DNA of 64,000 nt from Eledone cirrhosa (GCA_964016885.1 OZ024740.1:222952001-223016000); one strand, 5' to 3'; numbered from the stretch's first letter, positions 29,697 to 48,356 are shown. The notes: a model not told the origin generated them from the letters alone. A program made the numbers and translations.

Positions 29697-30437
29697 TCTG
29701 TCTGAAAGGTAACAGGACTATTGTCACAAACAATTTATTTCAATTCCAGACAACAAACTACATGGAAGATCGACGTCAAACAATGATGATGACGATGATG
29801 ATGATATTTATTCATGTAAAAACTAAATCCCCTTGGAGTTTACTGCATTTTCCCATGATTCTCTGCCACAGTTCTATGCACTGCTGGAAAGATTCTTCTA
29901 GGATGCCCCTCAGCTCCTTTCTTATGGATCTCTTGATCGCCACCATGCCTTCAAAATAGTTCCTCTTGATGACCCCCTTCAGCTTGGGGAAAATAAAAAA
30001 AAGTCTCATGGAGCAAGATCAGGAGGATAAGGAGGTTGTTCCAGTATGTTGATGTTTTTTGAGCCATGAAGTGTCAGATGCTCGGGTTGTCTTCCACATC
30101 CACACATCAAATAAAAACCATTTCCGCCATTCGGAAATCCATTAGCCTGACATCGTCTCATCTCCGTACACTTGCTGCAGTATTCCAAGTGTTTCTGATG
30201 GAGTTTTCCGCAGCCAGACCAGAAACTTCAGGTTGGTTTGTCACTGAGTGCCCATTTCTTGATGACCTAATATTGAGTAGCTCTTAACAAAAGCAAGCCA
30301 AATAGCTGTAGAGAGCTGAGATCGCAGTTATGTTCTTCCCAAATATTACGTTATATGGTGACATAATTAGCTAATCTCTATCCCACTCATAACACACAGC
30401 ACACTAAGTCCTGTTACTTATCAGACATATCTTGTGT

Positions 30438-30438
<1 letters not shown>
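29695..30438 (-). mobile_element. Internally deleted mariner (Tc1/mariner) DNA transposon
   Basis: TIRs gtctgtctgaaaggtaacaggact / agtcctgttacttatcagacata; transposase C-terminus QPPYPPDLAP..FFIFPKLK; TA flanks. Confidence 0.85.
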
Positions 30439-30479
<41 letters not shown>

Positions 30480-30516
30480 TATAATATGTGTATATATATG
30501 TATATATATACATAGG

Positions 30517-30547
<31 letters not shown>

Positions 30548-30642
30548 GCATATTTATATATGTATATATATATATATATATGTATATATATACATATGTA
30601 TATATATATATAAATATATATATGTATATATATTTATATATG

Positions 30643-30692
<50 letters not shown>

Positions 30693-30694
30693 CG

Positions 30695-30725
<31 letters not shown>

Positions 30726-30768
30726 GTATATATGTATATATATATGTATATATATATATATGTATATA

Positions 30769-30862
<94 letters not shown>

Positions 30863-30906
30863 GATAGGTAAATATACACGGGTGTGTATGATTGTGTATA
30901 GAAGAT

Positions 30907-31300
30907 TATATTAATAAGAGGAATTCCAACTTTGTCTGATTTACCCTGTTTTATTAACAATCCTTTAAAATTTATAATGGTATTATAATGAAATAGTATG
31001 ATAGAATATTAAATTCTAAGTGTTAATTGAACAAGTACTTTCATGCTTTCGCAATCTTCAGGTTCATAATATGTGGTGACAGTCAAGTTTGCAATTTTCG
31101 ACAGTTGAAAATTGCAAACTTGACTGTCACCACATATTATGAACCTGAAGATTGCGAAAGCATGAAAGTACTTGTTCAATTAACACTTAGAATTTAATAT
31201 TCTATCATACTATTTCATTATAATACCATTATATATATTTTAAAGGATTGTAAATAAAACGAGTAAATCAGAGAAAGTTGGAATTCCTCTTATTAATATA
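30907..31300. mobile_element. Solo fold-back pLTR (family D), ~190-bp arms, each with an HHR
   Basis: Centre ~31103; HHRs at 31028-31066(-) and 31140-31178(+). Confidence 0.88.
31140..31178 (+). ncRNA. 39-nt minimal type I hammerhead
   Basis: tgaac CTGAAGA t-tgc(gaaa)gca-t GAAA gtac TT gttca. Confidence 0.88.
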
Positions 31301-31384
31301 TATATATATGTATATATATATATGTGTGTATATATATGTATATATATATGTATATATATATGTACATATTTATATATATGTATA

Positions 31385-33024
31385 TACTACTACTTGTACT
31401 TGGACTTGTGTTGACATTCACCCTGGACGCGTTGAGTCGGCTTCTTCCCTTGTCCTGACGGCATCCCGAACCATGGCACCCCACGCATGACGGTCCCGGG
31501 CTAGGTCACTGGAGATAGCGAGCCAGTCACGGTTCCATCGGCGCAGGTCGACAACATTCGGACCTTAAAGTTCGGAGAGGTCCTCCTTGATCGTCGTTAC
31601 CCAGGTCTTCAGCTGCCCGCCAACGCGCCTGCGCCAGTTAGGGAGTAGAGGTGGAAGGAGAACATCGCGGATCAGTTCATCCTCAGGGCGCCGGGCCGCG
31701 TGACCAAACCACCTCAAGCGCCGTTGCAGAAGCACTGAACGAAGGGGTCGAAGATTCAGGCGAAGACGAAGACTGGTGATAGGCACCCGATCAACGCTTC
31801 GGCAGCGAAGAATGCGGCGGAGACAGTCATTATCGAAGACCTCCATCCCCCGTTGATCGACTACCCTCATAGGCCATATTTCACAGCCATAGAGGAGGAT
31901 AGTGCGAACGACGGCCTGGTAGATTCACCCTCTGGTCGCCGAGGAGATCTCCCTTCTGTCCCACAGACACCGCAGGAGACGCCCAAAAGCGGATCTGGCA
32001 GCACCTATGCGACGCTTGACCTCGGCTGCGCCCTGTCCCGTTGGAACCACTGTTGAGCCCAGGTAAACAAAGGACTCCACATCCTCCAGGTCCACGCCCT
32101 CGAGAGATATTGGCTGCCAGGCATCATGCGAAATCAGTGACGTCATGACCCTCGACTTGGCGGCATTGATTCGTAGAACAACAGCAGCGGCTGCAGTGTA
32201 CACCCTTTCGAGAGCACCTTGTACATCTGTCCCGTTAGCGCCCATCAGCACGATGTCATCCGCGTAGGCCAGGTCTGTCACCACGACCCCTCTCCCGACC
32301 TATACGCCCAGGTAATCCCGGAGCACTGTGTTGATACTGTAGTCAATGGCGTAGTTATAGAGAGTTGGCGATAGCGCACACCCCTGCAGAATACCGGTCT
32401 CAACATCGACCTCCACTCGAGCACGAGTCGACCGGTAGTAGCCTTGTATGAGACGAAGCAGCTTCACTGGGATGCCGTCCGCCTGCATTATACGCCATAG
32501 GGCTTCCCAATCTACAGGGTCGAAGGCAGCTGCAAAGTCGATGAAGGAGAGAACGGTAGGCTGTTGATGTGCCCACCGTTGTTCCAGGACACGCCGGAGA
32601 ATGAAGATTTGATCAACGCACCCCCTCCCCGGACAGAAGCCGCCCGGAGAAGGACGGGTACGGACATCACGGATGGCCTGGAACCTCATCAGCAGAAGAA
32701 TTGCAAAGGTCTTGGCAGCAACGTTAATTAAACTGATATCCCTGTAGTTGGAAGACAGTTTCCTGTCTCCCTTTTTGAAGAAGGGTAGCAGAGTTGCCTC
32801 GCTCCAGTCACCAGGCAATGCTCCTTCGCCCACACCGAGGAGAAGACTCAATGGAGCCAAGCTGTGAAGACATCAGGCTCGGCCTTGTAGACCTAAGCTG
32901 GAACGCCATCCTCGCCCGGCGCCTTCTTGTTCCAGAGATGTGTCATGACACCACGTACCTCCTTGACCGTTGGAGGGGCAGTGCTGCACCCGTATTCTTC
33001 TCCGGAAGGCTGCACGTAGCTTGG
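31385..33024 (-). mobile_element. GC-rich RTE-clade LINE, 5'-truncated
   Basis: KAPGEDG, FIDFAAAFDPVD, QGCALSP, LAYADDI, RWFGHAARR, KTWVTTIKEDL; (caagta)-like tail. Confidence 0.9.
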
Positions 33025-33068
33025 TGTATATATATATGTGTATATGTATATACATGTATATATATATT

Positions 33069-33128
<60 letters not shown>

Positions 33129-33144
33129 CATGTATATATATATT

Positions 33145-33237
<93 letters not shown>

Positions 33238-33289
33238 GTATATATATGTATATATATATATGTATATATATATATATGTATATATATAT

Positions 33290-33482
33290 ATAGGAAAAAG
33301 TATGACCCCGACGGCAGAGCTCAAGCCGTTTCGACGGCTATTTCTGGTCAAGAAATAGCCGTCGAAACGGCTTGAGCTCTGCCGTCGGGGTCATACTGTT
33401 TCCTATTTCCCACTGTACTACCCTAAGTATTGAGTACTCTTGTGCGTTATGGTCCATCTGGTTCCTTACCACAATTCCTTTG
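33290..33482. mobile_element. Family F fold-back pLTR hairpin
   Basis: 33291-33404 is a near-perfect palindrome centred on ggtca (~33348). Confidence 0.8.
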
Positions 33483-33728
33483 TTATATATATGTAAGTTT
33501 TTTACATTCATTTAATTTATTGATTTATTGATATTTTATTTGAGTGACCCGAATCTTCCTGGTCGTTCTTTTTCGGCTGTACGGGTGATTTTAGGCATAA
33601 TCTCTATGTGTTGGTAATTTAACGATGGTTATAGCTCTGATTTATCCAAATTATTGAGCCCTCTGCCACACATATCGGATATTGTTTATCGTTAACTCGT
33701 GAGCTGTTTTTCCGATTCTCGATTATTC

Positions 33729-33865
<137 letters not shown>

Positions 33866-33919
33866 TATATGTATATATATATATATGTATATATATATAA
33901 TATATATGTGTGCATATTT

Positions 33920-33957
<38 letters not shown>

Positions 33958-33958
33958 G

Positions 33959-33989
<31 letters not shown>

Positions 33990-34021
33990 GTATATATATG
34001 TATATATATATGTATACATAT

Positions 34022-34338
34022 ATAAACGGAAAAAAGGAAACGAAATTTCATTTCCCACTCTAAGTACGGCTGTTACTTAAATATAAGTATGTATACGTAC
34101 ATACATATATGTATACAGACGTACAGTAGTATGTATATATATATACATACATGCACACACATATATATGTACGTATGAATTCACCAAACATTTATTATAA
34201 TGCTCGGTGTGTTTGTAAACAAACATCCCGTATAAAGCCGCAGTGTCTAGCAACCACCGTTGCTCGTTTGTTCAACACTGACAAAGGAACGCTGTACTAG
34301 TTTCAAGCTTGTTAGCTATCGTCAGCAACGTATACCTA
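34022..34338 (-). mobile_element. Family A unit with HHR (34290-34330) joined to the PLE ORF
   Basis: Matches the 9.7-10.8 kb and 16.4-17.2 kb units. Confidence 0.85.
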
Positions 34339-36104
34339 CGGGACGTTTATGTTTCAACCTTACATTTGTAGACAATCTTACTAGAGAGGCATTTCCCGAA
34401 TAGGGAGCAGTCACCCGATTCCTAAAATTACAGTTAGTACTTGCTACAAGGTTGCACGTGTTCCTACAGCTAGGTAGTTTAGCTAAACTTGAAGCTGTAA
34501 TGTTATGTGCAAGGTTAGGAGTCGTAGGGTAAAACATGTTAATGGTATTTCTATTAAAAATGTTACTATATTAATGTGTTGGGGGAAAATGCTTCATAAT
34601 AAGGGAGAGAAAGATCTTAGCTAATGGTGTGGCCACCTCCATATTATATGGTGGGTTAAACCATATAATGCGTCGGGATCTATTTTTTCTAGGTATATTC
34701 TCGTACTCTGTATATGCTACCTTATCCACAAATCCACTCCTCAGCAAGAGCTTCATTGTAATATGTGGAATGGTCGTTGAAAATATGCTCGTTAGTAGAT
34801 AGACGGGAAAGTCTCAAAGAAATGTTTCTTACAAGGTTCTTGGTTATGCTGGCAGGATAGTTAGAATGCTTACTTATGTAATTAAGCGTATGATTCGTCT
34901 TTCTATACCGGCAGTGCTAGCCATTCGACAAATTGATGGTAACGTCGAGGTAATTAACGACCGAGAGTTTGGCCTCAACCTGTATGGAGAGGTTGAAGCC
35001 TTTAAAGAAGGCTGTGAGTTATTTTCTGAACCTGTCGCAAGCACGTGGGCCGCAATTTGTCAGAGTCAAAAGACTATCATCACGGTACAAACCACCGCCC
35101 AAGTTGGGGAATTCTTTCTTGATAGAGAAAAGAAAGAAAAGGCCGATAAGATCAATAACCTTCGCAGAATCGCTGGCGCCCATACTCACGTCGAATGGGG
35201 TACTATTAGATTTTTTAATCCAAATAGAGTCGTCGAAATTAATCACCGATGACATCAACTTCGAAATCCTTAAACACTGTGAGTGTTTTAGCGAAATTGA
35301 GAGCTCTAAGGAGAAGTGGTAAAGTGATGGAGGGGTAGAAATTATTGATGTCGAATTTGATAAAATGGCAATGTTCCATGTTGCATGTGCCGTTGAACCA
35401 ATCAATCACCGCGAAAGAATTGTTCCACAGTGCAAGAGGGGCCAAACTTCTAATTTCAGGTATAATTCTATCAAGAACCCTTTTACTAAGTCTACCTAAA
35501 TCGGACTTCGTAGGGTTAATAAACCGAATAGAGGGGTTGTTAGGAAAATTGGATTTGTGATCCTTAAGGGCAAGGTGGGAGAAATAGGGTCCAGAGGTTA
35601 AGTCCAGTCCAGGAGGTTGAGATCAGAGGTGATTTTAAACCCAGCATCGTTGTATTCATTAATGACGCACCGATTAGTTTTACAGTATTCCTTAGTTACA
35701 GCATTATGTAGCAGTTGATGGTAAGTAGTGCGCTCCACTTGATATAGATTGCCAGTTTTGTTGGAATGGACGGGCACGGCATTAGTATCCTTAATAGAAC
35801 GAATTCTATTCTTCAGGTCCTGCTGAAAGGAATTGCTCCTATTCCGAAATTTGATACTCCGTATGAGTTCCAAGACATCATTTTCGAAGGTTAGCAACGC
35901 TGGGTTACTCGGAGGGTTATTATAGGTTTTAAACCCAAATTTATCCTGTTTGTTGTCTGCTTTTCCCTGATTATCGAAATAAAAGGGACGCCAACGCAAC
36001 CTTTTAATGAACACGTCTGTTTTCTGTATCAGGAGTTTTAGGTATGATTTCCTGCTAGGTACGGGTATGTTCTTTGTAGAAATATTCAGATGTTGTTTCT
36101 GCAT
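34339..36104 (-). pseudogene. Naiad-type PLE RT ORF with its N-terminus; frameshifted, EN truncated
   Basis: NISTKNIPVPSRKSY..LIQKT..FIKRLRWR; FIKFDINNFYPSI; FDVSMGASDSA; GLYRDD; IIWFNPPYN. Confidence 0.9.
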
Positions 36105-36258
36105 GATGAATATAAGTCAATAGAGTGCTCAACCGAGGGAGCCAAATAGTAATAATTATAAATTTGAAGACTAGAATCCAAAGAGGGCTCGATAAGGATA
36201 AATATATATCAAATATATAAGAACCTTAGAGCAAATATTTATTAAAATATCAGATTAA

Positions 36259-36309
36259 AGTTTAAGCAAATAATCGCTGCTTTCACCCATAACGGGATCT
36301 TCTGAAACT
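36259..36309 (-). ncRNA. HHR-like motif with CAGAAGA (U4A) core in the 5' pLTR of the PLE
   Basis: agttt CAGAAGA t-ccc(gttat)ggg-t GAAA gcag(cgattat)ttgc TT aaact; second copy at 44885-44935(+). Confidence 0.6.
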
Positions 36310-36666
36310 AAAAAAAAACAATCTGAGAAAGTAGAAGTAAATATTTCGAAAAATATTGCAACCGAAGGAAGACAGGAAGACGATACTTTGGTTCGTGGAA
36401 ACGTTCCCTGGCAAAGAAAGGAAAAAAAACGAAGATAATACGTCATTATTTAGAGTGATCAAAACCACGTTTATGTTATAAATGAATTCGTTATATATGT
36501 ATATATATTTACGTGTATAATAAGGGTTGACGGACCCAGCATATTTATCAATGCCAGTACCGGTTGTATCTCAGCGCACTCAATGGACAATGTAAGATAG
36601 ATTACCAGAGTATACACATAGTTATTTGCCTCAACACAACACACGTAAATGGGTGCCTATAAGGTT

Positions 36667-36776
36667 CCCGGACTGGAGTTTCTGCAGCAATAATGCAGCA
36701 GTAAGGTGTACTGCACCATCTGTCTGCAGATATTATGCAACAATGCACAATCGGCTTATGCTGCTTCATCAGCGGG
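36667..36776 (-). ncRNA. Type I hammerhead with enlarged stem II
   Basis: cccg CTGATGA a-gcagca...tgctgc-a GAAA ct(cc)ag TC cggg. Confidence 0.75.
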
Positions 36777-37044
36777 TATCGCCTAATCTATAACTAATCG
36801 ATCGACACAATCCAAACACAGGCCCGTGCCGGTCCTGACTGTTTGTGACAACAGACACGGTAAAGCGATTAACTGGCAACGGATAGGACTCTATCTCTCA
36901 AATAGCCACTGATTTACAAACTTTACGTGGGGACGGGAAGCTAAAAAGAATCAATCTATTAGTTCATGTCAGAAGCGCTGGGCCAACGTGTCTCACATTC
37001 AAATTATCAAGGGGTGAAAATATGGCTATTAGAAATATATACGT

Positions 37045-37081
<37 letters not shown>

Positions 37082-37082
37082 C

Positions 37083-37181
<99 letters not shown>

Positions 37182-37207
37182 TATGTACATATATGTATAT
37201 ATATATG

Positions 37208-37241
<34 letters not shown>

Positions 37242-37284
37242 TATATGCACGTATATATATATAAATATATATATATATACACAC

Positions 37285-37315
<31 letters not shown>

Positions 37316-37318
37316 CAC

Positions 37319-39277
<1,959 letters not shown>

Positions 39278-39296
39278 AATATATATATATATATAC

Positions 39297-39498
<202 letters not shown>

Positions 39499-39529
39499 AT
39501 TATATATATATATATACGTATATAAATAA

Positions 39530-40414
39530 ATAAAATATCGGAGAAAGCTTTTTAGCGATACTCCGGCCAAATTCCAACTCACTCAACAAACATTAGGAAA
39601 TAAGTGATTATATTCCCAATTATGCGTTCGGGGTGCTAACTAAAAGTATTGCGTGGAAAATTGGCTGTATTATTTCATATGAGACATATCGAATATATCT
39701 CTTCCCAGACGGACGTCTCGTTTCATTATAGGATTCCTACAATTTGGGTTAAAATTATACCAATTTATTTAGGAGCTTGTATACCATCAATGGATATATA
39801 TTGAAGTGTGCTCCTATAATTCATCAGTGGGTGCCCCAATAATACTAATATTGATAATCTAACCAACATCAGTATTTAGCGATAATCATCATCTGTGCCC
39901 GAGGTATCTGTCAGGTTGCCAATCCAGCTAAAGAAATGCTCAAACTGATTCAAAAATGAGGAAGTAAATTACCGCCAAAAAAACAAAACAATACATGCGC
40001 ATGACAATGAACTCTAAAAGGAATTCAGGCCACGTGCTAAGAACTTAATAGGAAATTGAAAAAATATCTATGTGTACAACATTTGATGACACACACAAAT
40101 ATTTTCTCGGGCAAAATAACAGAATGAGATATAAGGAACAATCAATATTCATATATAAAAAATAAACAAAGAAATCCTAACCTTATACCGGGAAATTTCA
40201 AATCTGCTGCGCCAAGAGTAAATAAATAAATACAATATCGGAGAAAGTTTTTTAGCGATACTCCGGCCAAATTCCAACTCACTCAACAAACATTAGGAAA
40301 TAAGTGATTATATTCACAATTATGCGTTCGGGGAGCTAACTAAATGTATTGCGTGGAAAATTGGGTGTATTATTTCATATGAGACATATCGAATATATCT
40401 CTTCCCAGACGGAC

Positions 40415-40418
<4 letters not shown>
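39530..40418 (-). mobile_element. Family H repeat (700-bp unit plus partial tandem copy) with HHR at 39704-39831
   Basis: ccca CTGATGA attatagga...tcctataat GAAA cg(aga)cg TC; homologues at 61880-62557 and ~50870-51505. Confidence 0.78.
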
Positions 40419-40450
<32 letters not shown>

Positions 40451-40497
40451 GTATATATATATATATACATACGTATAAAATATATAAATATACGTAT

Positions 40498-40536
<39 letters not shown>

Positions 40537-40689
40537 CACGTATATATAAAAAATATAAATATATATATATATGCACGTATATATATATATAAATATATTT
40601 ATATGTATATACACACGTATATATGTATATATAAATAAATATATATATACACGTATATATATATATATATAAATATATATATATATACA

Positions 40690-40757
<68 letters not shown>

Positions 40758-40795
40758 CACGTATATATTTATGTATAAATATACATATATACACG

Positions 40796-40859
<64 letters not shown>

Positions 40860-40932
40860 CATGTATATATATATATATATAAATATATATATAAATATAA
40901 ATATATATATGTATATATATATATATAAATAT

Positions 40933-41090
<158 letters not shown>

Positions 41091-41193
41091 AATATATATA
41101 TATATGTATATATATATAAATATAAATATATATATATATGTATACATATATATATATATATATGTATATACGTATATATATATATATTTATAC

Positions 41194-41244
<51 letters not shown>

Positions 41245-41294
41245 AATATATAAATACGTTATATATATATAAATACGTTAAATATATAAATACG

Positions 41295-41560
<266 letters not shown>

Positions 41561-41587
41561 TATATATATATATATATAAATGTACGT

Positions 41588-41641
<54 letters not shown>

Positions 41642-41725
41642 GTATATATATATATATATATATAAATATTTATATATACGTATATATATATATAAATATA
41701 TATGTATATACGTATATATATATAA

Positions 41726-41758
<33 letters not shown>

Positions 41759-41781
41759 CGTATATATATATATATATATAT

Positions 41782-43205
<1,424 letters not shown>

Positions 43206-43249
43206 GTATATATATATATATATATAAATGTACGTATATATATATATAA

Positions 43250-43317
<68 letters not shown>

Positions 43318-43516
43318 GTATATATATATTTAAATATATATATACGTATATATATATATATATAAATATATATATATGTACGTCAATACTCATCTTTTTC
43401 CATTTATCTGAGGGTTCTAAACCCCGTTATCAAGCTAAAATTCCTTTAGTTAAAAATACCGTGAAAGCTATATATTTTCTAATTTCAAACTCGCTCACTG
43501 TTTCAAAACATACTTA

Positions 43517-43562
<46 letters not shown>

Positions 43563-43568
<6 letters not shown>

Positions 43569-44190
43569 AAATGGGGAGAAGAATACTGCAGGTTGCACAT
43601 GGATAACATGTTATAAAATGAGTCCCTCATCAGTGATTTGCCAACGATCATAGATATTTCATTGCATTAAAAATCATATACCTCACGTTGGTGCAATAAT
43701 AACTAAATTAAGTTATTAGGACAATTAAAACGCGTAAAGCGAGTGAGACAAGTAAACAACAAAGAGGAAAGCTAACCGTAGATAGGAAGGGAACAAGCTA
43801 CATAGTTATTCTGTCAGCATAAGCTGGGTGAATATATGAGCGCTTAGAAAAAAGACCTTTCGAGATGAATCCGAATGTAAGAAAGAAGGAAATTGTATTC
43901 GTCGCGAACGGGGTGAAGTGAGAAGGGAGAAACAGTGAGTGAGTGAGTGAGTGGAAGTGTGAGGAAGAGGTCAGTAGAGAGAAAGGGTTAACTGACATGA
44001 CAGAGGGGGCGAAAGAAAGTAGGAGAAACAGAGAGAACGAGGGAGCAGTAAGAGAGAGAGAGAGAGAAACAGAATCGCAGTTTAGGTAAATATATGTGAA
44101 AAAAATGGGGAGAAGAATACTGCAGGTTGCGCACATGGATAACATGTTATAAAATGAGTCCCTCATCAGTGATTTGCCAACGATCATAGA
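43563..44190. repeat. Direct repeat (~95-bp block, ~533-bp period), family unknown
   Basis: gaaaaaatggggagaagaatactgcagg...gatcataga at 43565 and 44098. Confidence 0.75.
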
Positions 44191-44235
44191 TATATATACA
44201 CGTATATATTTATGTATAAATATACATATATTCAC

Positions 44236-44279
<44 letters not shown>

Positions 44280-44299
44280 GTATATATATATATATATAA

Positions 44300-44394
<95 letters not shown>

Positions 44395-44441
44395 CCTATA
44401 TATAAATATATATACGTGTATATATATATATATACCTATAT

Positions 44442-44472
<31 letters not shown>

Positions 44473-44616
44473 CGTATATATATATACGTATATATATATA
44501 TAAATATATATATACGTATATATATATATATATATATATACGTATATATATACCTATATATATATATATGTATATATATATATAAATATATATATGTATA
44601 TATATATGTATATATA

Positions 44617-44696
<80 letters not shown>

Positions 44697-44745
44697 TATA
44701 CGTATATATATAAATATATATATATAAATATATATAGATATATAC

Positions 44746-44792
<47 letters not shown>

Positions 44793-44797
<5 letters not shown>

Positions 44798-44950
44798 ATA
44801 ATAATAAATTTGAAGACTAAAATCCAAAAAGGGCTCGATAAGGATTAATATATATCAAATATATAAGAACCGGTTATAATGGTTAGTTTCAGAAGATCCC
44901 GTTAAGGGTGAAAGCAGCGATTATTTGCTTAAACTTTAATCTCTTATTTT
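44793..44950. mobile_element. Rearranged solo copy of the 36.1-36.3 kb PLE pLTR
   Basis: 44793-44872 is in the same orientation as 36146-36225; 44884-44941 is inverted relative to 36253-36310. Confidence 0.8.
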
Positions 44951-44961
44951 TATAAATATAT

Positions 44962-45050
<89 letters not shown>

Positions 45051-45078
45051 AAAACCACAGACCCTCCATCTCAACTCA

Positions 45079-45116
45079 CCTTTTGAAAAGCAGAAGAACT
45101 GCGAAACCGGTAAAGG
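45079..45116 (+). ncRNA. Hammerhead with compensatory U3-A8 core (family E)
   Basis: cctt TTGAAAA gcag(aagaa)ctgc GAAA ccgg TA aagg; intact copy also at 53169-53206(-). Confidence 0.8.
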
Positions 45117-45282
45117 AACCAAAATAGATATATATATTTTTTTAAAAAAATAAGACTCCAGTTGCATTTTCGATTTTATCTCTTTTTCTTTATACTTTCA
45201 CTCGTGTAGGACACCTCGGTTATTTTTCATTTTGTAAAAAAAACCTCACTTTCTAATATATATACGTATATATATATATATA

Positions 45283-45344
<62 letters not shown>

Positions 45345-45562
45345 CAAATAATAGTTAAATGCAGTCCACTTAGGTGAAGTCCAGTTATGGTATTCCAGGT
45401 AGTGGATGATATTAACGCTTGGCTTGGTTTGACTCAACAAGGCGTTTTCATAGTGATGCTGCGGGTATGCCGTAATTCCTATGTTGTAAACACTTGAAGT
45501 AATAATAAATCAGGAAAGAAGGTTTACATGGTTTGCTATACAAAAAAGTTTTTAATCACATA

Positions 45563-45668
45563 GCTTACATTTGTTTCACTGAACTGGTATGTCTAGAGAT
45601 CGCTATTCGCTTAATTTTGCGTTACTCGATCGCCAATACAGAATTATAACCAGTCAGATCTTCGGAGC
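45563..45668 (-). ncRNA. Hammerhead (U4C, long stem II) in the 3' pLTR of the 46-48 kb PLE
   Basis: gct CCGAAGA t-ctga-ctgg...ccag-ttcag-t GAAA ca(aa)tg TA agc. Confidence 0.65.
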
Positions 45669-46054
45669 ATGCGAGAATGAAGAAAATACACAGGCAAGTA
45701 AAGAAAAGAAAATACAGGCTACTATATGAAGTAGTAATGGCATTCAATTAGAACAATAACAACAATTACAACAATGCTATCAATAAATTATTTAAGGAGA
45801 CCCTGACATTACTTAGGTGGGGGGTATATAATGTATCTAATGTTACGGCGTGTAAAACTAGCTGTCATAAGGCAAAATGAAGCGTTGGCATGTACAAAGT
45901 ATCGTAGTGTATATCAATTTTAAATTATAAAGATGAGCTAGTTTTTACAGTCTTTCCCTTCATCTTCAACAGTATACATGAGTGGGACCACTGTCAAAGC
46001 TAATTAGTTGTTGAGTTAATACAGAGGTTAACGAATTAATATACGCATATATCT

Positions 46055-46127
<73 letters not shown>

Positions 46128-46466
46128 TGCATGTGTACATAGACACATACATACACATCAATATACACTCGTACAAAAATATACATACATGCAAAGAGAT
46201 AAGCGTGCTAATTGTAATTATGGCTGAAAGAAGGTAAAGTAGCATTGTAGTAGTAAAATGAGAAAAACTACGATTTAGGATCAAATGATGGCAGCAGCTG
46301 AGAAGGAGTAAGATTGTTGGTAGATGAGGTACTTACAGACAAATGTGTGGTATAGACTTGTGAAGGATATAGTATACTTAATGAATATATTTCTGTGTGT
46401 AGTAGGTATCCTAATTTAAAGCTATGTTATGTTGGTTCGATTCACGGAGGTTTGAGTCTTATGGAT

Positions 46467-48356
46467 TTAGTTGTCTATTCTATGTCTGCAGAAGATAGAT
46501 CTTTCTAACTTATTGTTAAGTAGCCTTTTAACATTTCTAAGGATATACAATAGCTCAAGATCACATAGCCCGCAATGGGACATCCCTGTACTATAGGTTT
46601 TAGCAGCCGACAACTTCGACCACTTGATACTGTAGTTAGTGTTGCTGTCTTTCAATTCCCATATTTTTTTGGCGAGAGTTGTGGAACCCATAAGTGCACG
46701 GTTTTTCATTGAGTGCCTGTGCACATACCATCTTTTCTTAAAAGAACCCGCGGTGGATCCTATGTAATTCCAGGTGGAGTTACCCGAGATGACAGTGCAC
46801 ATGTACACCAGGCTCGAATCGAGACATCTGTTCGCCAATGGGCACCTATCTGGGAGGTGACAGTTACAGTTTGAGGCGCTATTTTGTGCAGCTTTTACAT
46901 TCCTGTTTAGTACTCTGTTATAAGTGGGTTGTGATATATGCCCAATGGGGTTTTGCTGCTGCGCGTTTGTATGCGCTTGTGGTTGTGATGTTGTGATGAG
47001 TTTGTGCTTATGTATAGGTGCAATTGATTTACTAGAGATATTTCTGTGGTTGATCTTGCGTATGTGTGATTCTATGTTAGCTGCTGTAGAGAATGAGAGT
47101 TTTATAGTAGATCTATTGAGTATTTTGTGATATCTATGCGAGATAGGGAAGTGTTTATCTATTAGTTTAAAGAATGTAGAGGGCAGTTTAGTTTTTATAG
47201 AGGAGTTGAATATTGGGTTGAACCATAGGTATTTTCTTTGTCTGTTTCTTCTATTGTTTCTTGGGTTTACGTTATTATTGTTTTGGCCGTTTACTCCAGG
47301 TGTTACATGTCTAACCCTATGTCTAGTCAAGCTATTCCTATTATTATGTGAGCGGTTGCAGTAGTAATTACTAGGATTGTTTATGTTGTCCTTATTCACT
47401 ATATACTGTAGTTTATCTTTATGACCGGCCCTACTTAATGCTGCATTATAATAGTCAGCATGCTCGTTAAAGATTTCTAGGTTTGAGGATAAGCGGGATA
47501 TTCGGAGGGATATACTACGTGCTATGGATTTAATTATGGATTTGGGGTGATTTGAGTTGTAACTAATGTAGGCAAGATTTTCATTATTTTTGTGGAAAGG
47601 TTCTATTAATCCAGTATTTAGATTTAGAGTTACATCTAGAAAATTTACCTTCTTATGGTTTAGTTCGTAGGTAATACTTAGGCCTAGTTTTTTTAAGAAT
47701 ATTCTAATATTTTTCCTTAGTATTTCCATGTTCTGGTTGTTTAGGTTCCTATCTATAAGTAACGTGTCGTCCCTATAAATTCCTCCTTGGAGGTTACTGA
47801 ATTCCTTATGTAGGTTGTGTGCTATGAATAGCCCCACGATATCTGTGATTTGCGCAGAATCATTTGATCCCATTGTTATATCGAAGCTATTTATTCTATC
47901 CTTTCTTAACCAGTAGATATTTTCAAATTTTATGATAGTCCTTCTAGCCGCTATTATTATTTCAATTTCATCATGGGTAAGATCAGAGTTATTTTGGGCA
48001 AATATAAGCGCCTTATCTAGAGTAGCTGGGGATTTGGATGCATAATAGTCGTCTATATCAAATTGTATGAAGTTACACGTCTCCCTATTTTGTATTTTAT
48101 TGAACCATTTAATTGCCTCGTTAGTGTTGCCCCATAAATTGATTTCTAATTTACCCTTTATTTGTGCGATTACCCTATCTAGAATGTTCTTGCTAATTTT
48201 ACCTATGTCTGACTTGGATGGGCATATTAATCTAATGGTGGGATTAGTTTCAAAGTTATTTTTGTGATCCTTCAGGTTAAATGTAGGGTTGCACGGGGTT
48301 AGCGGTTCGGTCCTATCTGAAATTTCGAGTTTATTAACTATCTTGAGGCCCTCCAT
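46467..48356 (-). CDS. Penelope-like (Naiad-type) reverse transcriptase + GIY-YIG endonuclease, N-terminally truncated but open for 629 aa
   Basis: [47 protein letters not shown], CNCx5CPx4C, LVYMC..YIGST, CGLC, CRH. Confidence 0.93.
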   Translation of the reverse strand: MEGLKIVNKLEISDRTEPLTPCNPTFNLKDHKNNFETNPTIRLICPSKSDIGKISKNILDRVIAQIKGKLEINLWGNTNEAIKWFNKIQNRETCNFIQFDIDDYYASKSPATLDKALIFAQNNSDLTHDEIEIIIAARRTIIKFENIYWLRKDRINSFDITMGSNDSAQITDIVGLFIAHNLHKEFSNLQGGIYRDDTLLIDRNLNNQNMEILRKNIRIFLKKLGLSITYELNHKKVNFLDVTLNLNTGLIEPFHKNNENLAYISYNSNHPKSIIKSIARSISLRISRLSSNLEIFNEHADYYNAALSRAGHKDKLQYIVNKDNINNPSNYYCNRSHNNRNSLTRHRVRHVTPGVNGQNNNNVNPRNNRRNRQRKYLWFNPIFNSSIKTKLPSTFFKLIDKHFPISHRYHKILNRSTIKLSFSTAANIESHIRKINHRNISSKSIAPIHKHKLITTSQPQAHTNAQQQNPIGHISQPTYNRVLNRNVKAAQNSASNCNCHLPDRCPLANRCLDSSLVYMCTVISGNSTWNYIGSTAGSFKKRWYVHRHSMKNRALMGSTTLAKKIWELKDSNTNYSIKWSKLSAAKTYSTGMSHCGLCDLELLYILRNVKRLLNNKLERSIFCRHRIDN

